A DNA stretch of 64,000 nucleotides from the NCBI GenBank assembly GCA_014360015.1, contig JACIYJ010000006.1, positions 60,447 through 124,446 of the forward strand. The letters are read 5' to 3'. The translations under genes and the position numbers were made by a program. The DNA is from Candidatus Aminicenantes bacterium (GTDB taxonomy: Bacteria; Acidobacteriota; Aminicenantia; Aminicenantales; Saccharicenantaceae). The notes under the pieces were generated by a model, which saw only the letters and a program-made list of their open reading frames with translations, was not told the DNA's origin and searched no databases. Of the stretch, positions 27,271 to 36,256 are shown in pieces. Each line of letters opens with the position of its first letter. Positions within the stretch are counted from its first letter, which is position 1.

Positions 27271-28421
27271 CAGTTCGCCTCCCTTTTAATTATTGAGCTT
27301 GCTTCTTCGAGTAAAGAGAATACTTTCTTTATTGCTCTGTTTGGATCAATATCCTCACGTTTTCTCATCAAAGCATGAGCCACTTTATTACGAGCCTGAC
27401 TGACTTGATTCCACAGAACACAAAGAGGTTCCTTAGATTTGTTTTTAACAGCCTGGCCAAGAACTTTTTCTGTAGTTTCTCTTTGCTTGGAGTCATACAG
27501 GTCTAAATTCATTTCCAAACATTTATAGCTTATTATAGCTTCCCGCAACACCAGCAAAGCCTGGGTCGGGTTTTTGTTCTCCAGGTACCAGCGAGCCACT
27601 TCCAGTTGCGCCTCCCACTCAGTTGGTTTTTTAAATCTCTGAATCATAGTTTTCAATTCTGACAACAATATTCCGAGTGGCTTTAGATAATTTTCGATCT
27701 CAGAACCTAAGGTTTCATCTTCCATTAACTGAGTTAAGGCTTCTGATATTTCCCCCAGTTGAGGGATATAGGTCATTTTGGTAACAGCCGTCAATTCCAT
27801 CAAATCTTTTTTCAGCAGGCGCAGCTTAGAATCTTTTTCCCCAGCTTGGCGGATTTCCCTCTCGGCCCGTTCTACCAGCCGACATAAATCATCAAGATCG
27901 CCATATTTTCGGAAAGAAGCCAGAGCTTCCATCCAGTCCAGAAGATCCATTAAAGGACGCAGATCAATGATATGGCTCTCGTTTGTTTTCTGATCCAGAA
28001 TCCCGTAAAAAATATGCCTGACTTCAGTCGATTTTTCTAAAAATTTTATAAACTGAATAAAGACGACCACAAAAAAAGGAATGGAACGGAAGCAATGGGT
28101 TATGTCAAAAGCAATTTCTGATTCTTTCACTGTTATATTTTTGGAAAGCAGATCAAACATCTGCCAGAATTCATCGGCTGACTTTCCTGCAGGTATCTCA
28201 ATGCGCTCATGTTTTAAGCTTTCAACCATCTCCCAGCGGGAGTCTTTTGTCCCTATTATGTAAATCTTATCTGGCTTAAAATAATTATTTATAGGAATTA
28301 TTGAAAGCTGGCTTTCATAACTCTGTCCGTTAAGCTGATACTGAACTTTCTGATAGTTTCCAGTGCCAAGAAAGCTGATCAGAACTCTGGTTTTTAAAGA
28401 TTTTGAGACTTCACTCATCAA
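27270..28421 (-). CDS. csx1: Csx1 (TM1812-type) CARF-HEPN effector RNase
   Basis: ISFLGTGNY, DITHCFRS (DxTHG-like), HEPN motif RNKVAH. Confidence 0.85.
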   Translation of the reverse strand: MMSEVSKSLKTRVLISFLGTGNYQKVQYQLNGQSYESQLSIIPINNYFKPDKIYIIGTKDSRWEMVESLKHERIEIPAGKSADEFWQMFDLLSKNITVKESEIAFDITHCFRSIPFFVVVFIQFIKFLEKSTEVRHIFYGILDQKTNESHIIDLRPLMDLLDWMEALASFRKYGDLDDLCRLVERAEREIRQAGEKDSKLRLLKKDLMELTAVTKMTYIPQLGEISEALTQLMEDETLGSEIENYLKPLGILLSELKTMIQRFKKPTEWEAQLEVARWYLENKNPTQALLVLREAIISYKCLEMNLDLYDSKQRETTEKVLGQAVKNKSKEPLCVLWNQVSQARNKVAHALMRKREDIDPNRAIKKVFSLLEEASSIIKREAN

Positions 28422-28476
28422 AACTCCTTTCAGATTGAATTAACTGAGCAAAAATTGACCTTCCTGAACGTGGCTT

Positions 28477-29484
28477 TCAACCCAGAGAAACTTCTACAAA
28501 ACCAAGCCCCTTTTTCAATTCTCCATCAATCAGCCTCTTTCTGGTGCGTGGCCGTTTTACCTTATAGCTTTTAATTCCAACCTCATCAGCCAGTATCAAC
28601 ATTGAAGTGCTAAAAGCAGTTGCTCCCTGACCGACTCTTAGAAGGTAATAGCCAGGCTTTTCAGGCAAGTTCAGATTCAGACCATCATTTTTTATGACTT
28701 TTCGATAAAAATTATCACAGATTTTTAAGATCTGCCCTTCTTCCAGCTGACATTTTTTCTTTTTGATCTCAAATTCGGCTTCAACGTTTTCTTTTATCGT
28801 CTCATAAAGAACAGGGATATTCCCGCCGCGCCTTGCTCCTTGAACAAGGCATTTTTCAACCCTGAGCGTCTCCCGAGGCGAAAGATAAGTGCTATCGCTC
28901 ACATCCAGCAAATTTAAAAACTTATCCTCAAACTTTTCTTTTGATTTATCAGATTCCTGATCGCTAAAATGTTCAAATTTTTTCAAAACATTTTTTCCAG
29001 AAAGATATCCATAAGCCAGATCTAAAAGTCTGTCGTTGGCCTTTCTATCATTAATATTTGCCATCAATGCCTCGATTTCCTTTTTCTTCCCCTTGGTGGC
29101 CAATTCCTTAAGGGCAAAATAGATGAGTGCAGTAATTACAGATCCTTTTATAGAACTCCCAGGGAAATAGGGACGACCTGCACTTTTTACAAACGCCTTT
29201 ACTTCAATTTTATGTCCTCGTGCCTCGGTGGTAATATCTGTAGAATAAAGAACGTGTCTTTTAAGCAAATTATGGTCCTGTATTATATCTCCAATGTATC
29301 GAGAACTTGCAGCCTGTTTTATGAAGTCATCACGATATTTAGCAAAATCTTTATCCCTGAACAGGCTATCCATATTAAGAACATTAAATTTTCCCCTCTC
29401 CTTATCTATAAAATAGCCTGAGGGAGAAATAACCTGGCCAGATCCTATATGCACTGGAGTAAGCACTTTTATTCTGGCTTTCAT
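28477..29484 (-). CDS. csm5: Type III-A RAMP Csm5
   Basis: LTPVHIGSG, PYFPGSSIKG, LRVGQG; gene position. Confidence 0.9.
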   Translation of the reverse strand: MKARIKVLTPVHIGSGQVISPSGYFIDKERGKFNVLNMDSLFRDKDFAKYRDDFIKQAASSRYIGDIIQDHNLLKRHVLYSTDITTEARGHKIEVKAFVKSAGRPYFPGSSIKGSVITALIYFALKELATKGKKKEIEALMANINDRKANDRLLDLAYGYLSGKNVLKKFEHFSDQESDKSKEKFEDKFLNLLDVSDSTYLSPRETLRVEKCLVQGARRGGNIPVLYETIKENVEAEFEIKKKKCQLEEGQILKICDNFYRKVIKNDGLNLNLPEKPGYYLLRVGQGATAFSTSMLILADEVGIKSYKVKRPRTRKRLIDGELKKGLGFVEVSLG

Positions 29485-30479
29485 TGTTCCTCCATCTTAC
29501 AAGGAAATGAAAACAAAAATCCATACCGATAAACACGGTGGGCAGTAAAGACTTCTGGCGTAATGTCCACAAGGGCACCTTTTCTGTTTGCCGCGGGAAA
29601 GATAGAACCTTCAGAAAAAAGGCGAAGAGAGCGCCGGCGGTAGGATCGGTTGTGGAGAGAAAAGATATAGCCCTTTCTCACTTCCAGCTCATAAAACCCT
29701 TTCTCCAGCCCGACTAGTTCCTCATCTCGAGGAAAATAAGTGGAGACCGCATAAGAGGCATTTGCTTCAGAAACTTCAGGGATGAAAAGACGGTCAAATT
29801 CAGGTGGATAAAACAGGCCTTTTCCGGCAGTTCGGTCGCCACCAATTCCTTCGTCAGCCAGAAGGTTAAACAGTGCCCTGACCTTATTCTCCCAGCTCTC
29901 ATCCTTTAAATTCACCAGGATAAATAAACCAGAGTTCTCGGCGAAATGAACCTGTCCGAAATGAAAAAAGTTTTCTCCAGGGTGATTATTAAACCGGCTC
30001 AAAGCAATGCGGGGCACATCTTCCACTTCCCAGGGAACCAGCTTTTTCCCAGCTCTTTCTTTTTTATCAATTCTTGGTAGACAATCAAGCTCCTGACTCT
30101 TATCAATTTCATCCTCCAGGTCTTCAAGGTGTTCATTGTTAAGAAGTCTAAGCAATAACTTCAGGTTGACAAATTTAACTTTTTTTAGTTCTTTTCCATT
30201 CTCCGAGCTTTTTACGTTTCCGAACATCTGATTTTTGGGCAGGGGAAAATATAATTCATCCTCCCAATAGGGAAAGGCTGAGCTCAAAAGAAAAGGTGGC
30301 TCTTCTTTGAAGGCCTGAATAAATGAATCTACTTCACCATAGAGAAGAAGATGACAGTGGCAGAGGGCAGAAAAGATAGTATCAGAAGGTATGTGTATCT
30401 TACTGCCCTCCAGCCAGCCTTCCCTTTCACCCAAATGAAGGAAACTTTTTGGCTTTAGTTTTATTCTTAAGTATTCCAT
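29481..30479 (-). CDS. csm4: Type III-A RAMP Csm4
   Basis: SDTIFSAL, SSAFP, GIGGDRTAGKG, HRVYRYG. Confidence 0.92.
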   Translation of the reverse strand: MEYLRIKLKPKSFLHLGEREGWLEGSKIHIPSDTIFSALCHCHLLLYGEVDSFIQAFKEEPPFLLSSAFPYWEDELYFPLPKNQMFGNVKSSENGKELKKVKFVNLKLLLRLLNNEHLEDLEDEIDKSQELDCLPRIDKKERAGKKLVPWEVEDVPRIALSRFNNHPGENFFHFGQVHFAENSGLFILVNLKDESWENKVRALFNLLADEGIGGDRTAGKGLFYPPEFDRLFIPEVSEANASYAVSTYFPRDEELVGLEKGFYELEVRKGYIFSLHNRSYRRRSLRLFSEGSIFPAANRKGALVDITPEVFTAHRVYRYGFLFSFPCKMEEQ

Positions 30480-30481
30480 GG

Positions 30482-31309
30482 TTAATCAGCAAGCTTGTTT
30501 TTGATGAGATCAAATTTTTGAACAATTTCAGCCGGAGTGGTTCCGACATCTTTATTAATGGCTCTTTCAGAGGTAAGAGCTATCTGACCTGTTTCGTAAT
30601 TTTCTCGTTTGTTCCAGAAAATTTCAATATTGTTAAAAGCTACCCGGCCATATCCACGCGATCCCATCCCACCAAGGTAATCGTGCTCTAAAAGTTCAAG
30701 AGCCACAAAAATATGCTTGAGAAATTCTTTGTCCTTTTCGTCAAAGACATTGTAGATTAACTCTGCATCCTTAAAACGAGCACCAGCTGGAACTCGCTCG
30801 ATTTGCCTCAGGCTTCCATGTAAGGCGGTTCCAGTAAGGCGGTTTATGGCCGTCTCAAATTTTACTTCCGTGTATTCTAATTCTAAATTGTCTTTCATTT
30901 CCTGGGTAATGCTGTTTTCATCAAGATAAGTATCTCTTACCAGCAGCCTGGTAGGAGTCGGAGATTTAATCTCAACATCTTTATCTGATACTGCTATTCC
31001 CCATATTCTGCACACAGGACAGTTCAGATATTCCTGATCGGTTCGGCATTTGTGACCTGAAATTTGATCTTTGTTGTCCTTTACATTCCAGAAATCTGGC
31101 TTCTTTGCGGCTTCTTTTTTCTCAATTAGAGACCGAAGCTTTCCTTTCAAGGAAGAACCAGGAATGTAGGGCTTGCCCTCTGGATCAGTAATGACATTTA
31201 GATCGAGTCCACCAATTTTCAGCCCAGTGGTTGCTCCTCCAATTCTCATTCCTGTCTTTACTTCAATCTGACCCCTGATGATTACTTTTCCTATAAGATA
31301 ATGATTCAT
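30482..31309 (-). CDS. csm3: Type III-A RAMP Csm3
   Basis: TGMRIGG, IGGLD (catalytic Asp), PYIPGSSLKGKLRS, LGGMGSRGYG. Confidence 0.95.
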   Translation of the reverse strand: MNHYLIGKVIIRGQIEVKTGMRIGGATTGLKIGGLDLNVITDPEGKPYIPGSSLKGKLRSLIEKKEAAKKPDFWNVKDNKDQISGHKCRTDQEYLNCPVCRIWGIAVSDKDVEIKSPTPTRLLVRDTYLDENSITQEMKDNLELEYTEVKFETAINRLTGTALHGSLRQIERVPAGARFKDAELIYNVFDEKDKEFLKHIFVALELLEHDYLGGMGSRGYGRVAFNNIEIFWNKRENYETGQIALTSERAINKDVGTTPAEIVQKFDLIKNKLAD

Positions 31310-31340
31310 TTTATCCTCCTTTTTCCTTTACTTAGGTGAA

Positions 31341-31748
31341 TTATTTGCCACCATGAAATTTATGGTAAGCAACAATGGCTTCGATGAAATTTTTAAAGTA
31401 TTGAAAGTTCTGTTTATTAGTATTTTGTATCAATTTTTCCATTAACTCGCGAAAATCTTTTATTCGTCCTTTATGTCTGCCGGCAGCATAAGCCAATTTA
31501 GGCCTTAACATCTGAATCCGGTATTCATCATATTCTTTCATCCTCTGAATCTCGTCGAGCACATTGCGAATCTGAGAAGTGGTTAATTTTTCTGTCTCCT
31601 TGGCATCAAGAAACCATTTGGCTAAATCATCCGCATACATATTCAGTTCCTTAGCATCGCCTTTCAATATCTTTTCGATCTTGTTTAGATCGATTTTTGA
31701 CCCCTGATTGTTGGGATTAGAATTTTTTGGATTTCCCTGATAACTCAT
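31341..31748 (-). CDS. csm2: Type III-A small subunit Csm2
   Basis: TTSQIRN, LRPKLAYAAGR, EAIVAYHKF. Confidence 0.95.
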   Translation of the reverse strand: MSYQGNPKNSNPNNQGSKIDLNKIEKILKGDAKELNMYADDLAKWFLDAKETEKLTTSQIRNVLDEIQRMKEYDEYRIQMLRPKLAYAAGRHKGRIKDFRELMEKLIQNTNKQNFQYFKNFIEAIVAYHKFHGGK

Positions 31749-31757
31749 AATCTCCTC

Positions 31758-34286
31758 CTATTCTTTTCTTGTTAAATAATCGGCCACTCTCGTGGCGATA
31801 TTTAAATATGGATAAATCTCATAATTAATGACAATCAAGTTAATTAATTGCTCCAGGTCTTTTTTTTGCTGGTCATCAAGCTTTCTCACAAGCTTTTTTA
31901 GGGCATAATGTAAGCGCCATACCCTTTCCATATAAATCTCGCCTTTCCTCTTCTTCTCTTTCTTGTTTTCCTTTTCCAGATAGATGTTATAAAGAACGCT
32001 GAGCAGAGAACGGGGCACTTCCCGACCGTTTTTCCCCTTAAGAAGACTTAGAATCAAGTCAATTATCCTGTTTATTTTCTCCAGACAATTCCACTCTAAA
32101 GCTTCTCCAAAAAGGCTAAGCCGGTTTTTTCCATTATTTTTAGCGATTTCTTCAGCTTCTCCGGCTTTCTTAGCTGCCTGGTATATGGGGAACTTATCTC
32201 GCGGAGCATAGAATATCCCGGCAGATAGAGTCAGTCTGTAGCAGGAAAACCGGCGAAAATCGTCATAGATTACTTCAGCAATTTTATGAAGGTCAGACCA
32301 CGGCCCGATCAGAAACAGGTCATCCCCACCAGAATAAGCCACATAAACATCATCAGCCAGCCCGTGGCCATTGTTCTTAGGCATCCAGTTATCAAGCTGA
32401 GCAATTCGGGCATTGAAATAAAGCGAGAGCATCGAGCTCAGCATACTGACCCTGGAAATTGTTTTATTCTTTTCGAGTCCTTCACGGAAAAGAAAACCCA
32501 GGTTATCAACATCGGCTCTCAGCACTCCCCATTTTTCTATGCCTGAAGCTCGCCTGGCCATATTCTCCAGAGTCAAAACATTACGATCAGCTCCACGAAC
32601 CTTTCTGGCAATAAAAGTAAAGCCCTGAAACTTGCCTGCAAAATCTGTGGAATTTATAACCAGAGAGTTGCGATAAATTTTAGCATCCTCGTCAGCAGAT
32701 AAAAATTGGTAGCGAAAACCAAGAGCCTGAGGCACATGGTACCAGCGAATATCTTTTTGAGGAAGTGGCTTCTTGTCTTCTGATTTTATTAAAATAGCCA
32801 CAGCCTTAACCAGGTCGTTAGAAAAAGAAATCAAGCTATCACAAAAGCTACAGGTTTCCTGCGCTGGCTCAATCTCTTCGCCACAGATAGAACAGCCTTT
32901 CCTTTCTCCCCCCTGGTCAAAAGGTCCCAGAACAAATTCTCTGAACTGCTCTGGATTTTCAGAAGCAAGAAGAGAAGCAAATTTGCGGCGTTTGCTCAGG
33001 GATAAGCTGCAGCCGAGATCCTGCCAGAGAGAGGCAAAATCCAGGAAAAAGTTCTCGTAGCTAACCGGAATCCAGCTCAAGATAGCAGCTACCTTTCCTT
33101 TATGGGCTCTTAATAAAATTTGATCCATTTCCATCTGAACTCGGCTTAATCTGTCTTCACTGTCCCTGAGCTTTGGAACTAACAGGTAAAAATTTCCTCC
33201 TCCGCAGTAGATCAGGTTAGCTTCCGGAAGGTCAAATTCAAGGAGAATTTTTCTGGCTAAAATCTCAGAAATCATCTGGAGGTAAGCTGACCTCCCACGC
33301 AATCCCTTGAGGGCATTTTCTGAGGTAATCTGATAGATAAAATCTTGAATCCCGGATATATCCCCACCTACCAGGAGGAAATCTTTGTCCGCAAGGTGAG
33401 AAGACTTCTTTAATGCCTGGGAAACTTCATCTGTTTTTAAATTGTTAATGTCTCGAAGGATATTGTCTATCTTGCTCTCAAACTCTCTCAGCCCTCGTTC
33501 TTCGCTTAACAAGTAAAGGCAAGCGGCAATAGCTGCTGTACTTTTTAAATGATGAAAAAGAGAAATATCAGGTTTTTCTCTGTAGACAGCTGAAGGAATA
33601 GCCAGGGTGTACTTCAGTAAAAGATAATAGATGGATGAAAGTATTTCATCTTTATTTAGTAAGTTCAGTTCTTTGATAAATTCATTCCATAACTTCTTAT
33701 AAGCTTCCTGGCCAGAGAGGTTATGAAAAGCTTCTTTCCGACTGTCTACAGGAAAAAACCCGTTAAGAGTCCTGTCAAGCGGAGATAATCGAGTGTAAAA
33801 TTCCTTGATCTCGCTGGCTCTGTTTTCTTTGAAATCTTTTTTGCCTTTACCTTCTTTACCTTCAAGTTTTATCTGAGAAAATATCGAGGTCAAAGGCTCT
33901 TCAGCTGGTTTTCCTGACTCTTCATCCTCTTCACGCTCCACTCGTTCACCTGAAGACATTCTGTCGGCCAATGTCAGCAGTTTAGCCAGGAATTTCTGTC
34001 TCTCATTTATGGCATTTTCCGGAACATGATGGCAAGCTGCTATTACACCAGCTTCATCATATTGACTGAGATATTCCCGAAAGAACTTAGCAGTATAAGC
34101 CCCATGCACGTGGCTGTACTTGGTGGACTGTCCGTCTCTGATTTTTCTGGTGAAATTTTCGTAATCGTAATTGTCACCTTCTTTTCTCCAATCAAACTTA
34201 GCACCTGTCCTTTGATAAAATTTTCCGATATCGTGGAGAAGACTGGCCAGAATTAATAGCTGGTAATCAGAAAGTTTTTTCTTCAT
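31758..34286 (-). CDS. cas10: Cas10/Csm1 with HD nuclease and cyclase palm domains
   Basis: LLHDIGKF, GGDISGIQDFIY, LRGRS, DVDNLG, YSGGDDLF. Confidence 0.96.
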   Translation of the reverse strand: MKKKLSDYQLLILASLLHDIGKFYQRTGAKFDWRKEGDNYDYENFTRKIRDGQSTKYSHVHGAYTAKFFREYLSQYDEAGVIAACHHVPENAINERQKFLAKLLTLADRMSSGERVEREEDEESGKPAEEPLTSIFSQIKLEGKEGKGKKDFKENRASEIKEFYTRLSPLDRTLNGFFPVDSRKEAFHNLSGQEAYKKLWNEFIKELNLLNKDEILSSIYYLLLKYTLAIPSAVYREKPDISLFHHLKSTAAIAACLYLLSEERGLREFESKIDNILRDINNLKTDEVSQALKKSSHLADKDFLLVGGDISGIQDFIYQITSENALKGLRGRSAYLQMISEILARKILLEFDLPEANLIYCGGGNFYLLVPKLRDSEDRLSRVQMEMDQILLRAHKGKVAAILSWIPVSYENFFLDFASLWQDLGCSLSLSKRRKFASLLASENPEQFREFVLGPFDQGGERKGCSICGEEIEPAQETCSFCDSLISFSNDLVKAVAILIKSEDKKPLPQKDIRWYHVPQALGFRYQFLSADEDAKIYRNSLVINSTDFAGKFQGFTFIARKVRGADRNVLTLENMARRASGIEKWGVLRADVDNLGFLFREGLEKNKTISRVSMLSSMLSLYFNARIAQLDNWMPKNNGHGLADDVYVAYSGGDDLFLIGPWSDLHKIAEVIYDDFRRFSCYRLTLSAGIFYAPRDKFPIYQAAKKAGEAEEIAKNNGKNRLSLFGEALEWNCLEKINRIIDLILSLLKGKNGREVPRSLLSVLYNIYLEKENKKEKKRKGEIYMERVWRLHYALKKLVRKLDDQQKKDLEQLINLIVINYEIYPYLNIATRVADYLTRKE

Positions 34287-34337
34287 TTTTTGTTACCTCT
34301 AATTTTATTTTTATCTTGTCTTAATCCCATTTCAACA

Positions 34338-34361
34338 AAAGAAACGTTTCAGAAACGTTTC
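34338..34361. promoter_or_regulatory. Operator upstream of the cas10-csm operon
   Basis: AAAGAAACGTTTCAGAAACGTTTC, overlapping the stop codon of the CARF gene. Confidence 0.7.
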
Positions 34362-35511
34362 AATTTATGGCGATTTTGCTTTTTTCCAATCGTACACCAT
34401 AGCGACTGCTGGCATAAATCTTGATACAGCTAATTGCTGCCAGTGAAAACAATGTTTTCTCCTGCAGCTCTTCCCTGAGGATTTTATTAATTTTACTTAT
34501 ATACTGCCTGCAGACCTCAACGGGGATTCCGTTTTTCCATTTCTTCAAGAGAGCTTCCTGTTTCCAGCTTTTCTGACCAGATATCTTAGAATAATCGTCA
34601 GCGTATTTTTTTAGATCTTCTGCGCGGAAAAGCTCTCCTAATTCTCTGAAACAGTCCTGACAGTCAAGACAATTAGCTCTTTCGGGATGAGGGCAGTATT
34701 CAGTTTTTTGCTTCAAAAATATCACATAAATGAATAATAACATCGGTGAAAAATTGATTGCTCGGCCATTGATCTCAACTTTTCTATCAATGAGACTTAC
34801 TGAAATTTCGGGATGAAGTGTTGACAGGTCAATTTCCCTCTGACCTTCCTCAACCAGTTCCCGGAAACTTTTACCTTTCAGGTTTATTTTTCGCCCCAGT
34901 CTGATAAACGGCAAATCAGCCAGAATAATCTTTGCCTGGCTTGTATTAAGAATCATTTGCTTTCCTTCTCTGGTTTTAATCAAAATATCTCTATCCTGTC
35001 TGGGTTTATAAAAAAAATCTGGATTGCTCTCAAATTCAGGGGTAACTATGACATGATAAAGTTTATCCCAGGGACGACCGAATAATTGCAGAGCCGACCC
35101 TAAATAAAAGCTCATAGTCTTTCGTCCACCAGCAATGGAGCAATGAAGACGCGTGTTTTCATCTCGCGTTTTCTCTCTAACTAAGGAAGTTATCAAATCG
35201 CCCAGAGCTTCATTATCCTCGTAGGAACATATGTCTTCTATCAGGCTGCCGTCTTTGTTTCTGGGAATAAATATCTTATCTTCTTCCAACTTAAGAGAAG
35301 GTATGTTGAATTCATTTATAAGGTTATCGAGGATGCTCCTTTTTACCAAATTTTCTATAATCGATTGTTTACCCAAAGCAGTTGTAACAATATAAATTTC
35401 ATCAGGATAAATAGGAGGTTTAGCTGTAGCTAAGGAATAAATAGTTTCTGTTATAACCTGAGGCGATGTCCCCACCACAAATATGAAAATTTCCTTAAAT
35501 TTGCCCATCAA
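34360..35511 (-). CDS. CARF (NE0113-type) protein with C-terminal winged-HTH-like domain
   Basis: GTSPQVITET, HCSIAGGRKTMS, LYHV; C-terminus with Cys cluster and RQYISKINKILRE...SRYGVRL. Confidence 0.8.
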   Translation of the reverse strand: MMGKFKEIFIFVVGTSPQVITETIYSLATAKPPIYPDEIYIVTTALGKQSIIENLVKRSILDNLINEFNIPSLKLEEDKIFIPRNKDGSLIEDICSYEDNEALGDLITSLVREKTRDENTRLHCSIAGGRKTMSFYLGSALQLFGRPWDKLYHVIVTPEFESNPDFFYKPRQDRDILIKTREGKQMILNTSQAKIILADLPFIRLGRKINLKGKSFRELVEEGQREIDLSTLHPEISVSLIDRKVEINGRAINFSPMLLFIYVIFLKQKTEYCPHPERANCLDCQDCFRELGELFRAEDLKKYADDYSKISGQKSWKQEALLKKWKNGIPVEVCRQYISKINKILREELQEKTLFSLAAISCIKIYASSRYGVRLEKSKIAIN

Positions 35512-35728
35512 TCCGCCGATTTTTTATTAGGAAATCTATTAGAAATCAAAATAAATTTAAAAGTCAAGCAAATTTTGGCTTTAGAATAACATCTTCTGTC
35601 AACATAAAATTTTTCTTTCAGAAAAAATTTCTAATTAATCACTAAGTCGATTATCTAATTCCAAACCTAACCTGAATAGCATAACTAAGCCACTAATATC
35701 TGCAATTTTACGCTTTTATATAATTTTT

Positions 35729-36151
35729 TCAGTCTTTAATAAACATCTTCACATATTCAAGGTTGCTCTGGAGTTTTTGCTTGCAATCTTCGGGAGCTTC
35801 AGCAATGGCCAGGCCTTCTTCCAGCAGTTTTTTGGCCGGGGCCAGGTCAGTGCTTGGGTCCTGCTTGTGCTGTTTGATAATCATATAAGCAGCGTTATTT
35901 TTACCCCAGGCCACCAGATCCGGACGACCCAGCCCTTCAGCCTGACGGATGTACTCTAAATAATACTGCAAAGCTCTGGGGTAATCGCCCTCACGGTCAT
36001 ATTTTTCGGCACTCTCTTTTGCTGCCCTCCAGTTCTCCCAGGATATGGGCTGATTAGCCTGTTCCTGAGCCTTCAAAAGAAGTGAGCCAGCCAGCAAATA
36101 AATAGTCAGCCAGGCCAGGATAAAATATCTTTTTTCCATTTTCCCCTCCAT
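35729..36151 (-). CDS. Exported TPR-like hypothetical protein
   Basis: Signal peptide and TPR-like helices. Confidence 0.65.
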   Translation of the reverse strand: MEGKMEKRYFILAWLTIYLLAGSLLLKAQEQANQPISWENWRAAKESAEKYDREGDYPRALQYYLEYIRQAEGLGRPDLVAWGKNNAAYMIIKQHKQDPSTDLAPAKKLLEEGLAIAEAPEDCKQKLQSNLEYVKMFIKD

Positions 36152-36256
36152 TATTTACTATATTTTCCTAATCTATTTCTATTCTACCAGCCTGACCGGT
36201 GAGCTTCAATTAAATTTGTAGGTAAGAAAAGATGATGGCTTCCTTTGCCAGTGATT

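Noticed and set aside
21569-35511. Reverse transcriptase or Cas4 that could explain unusual acquisition
   Set aside because: No YADD/RT or Cas4 motifs seen in any ORF of the locus; one could be encoded elsewhere in the genome.
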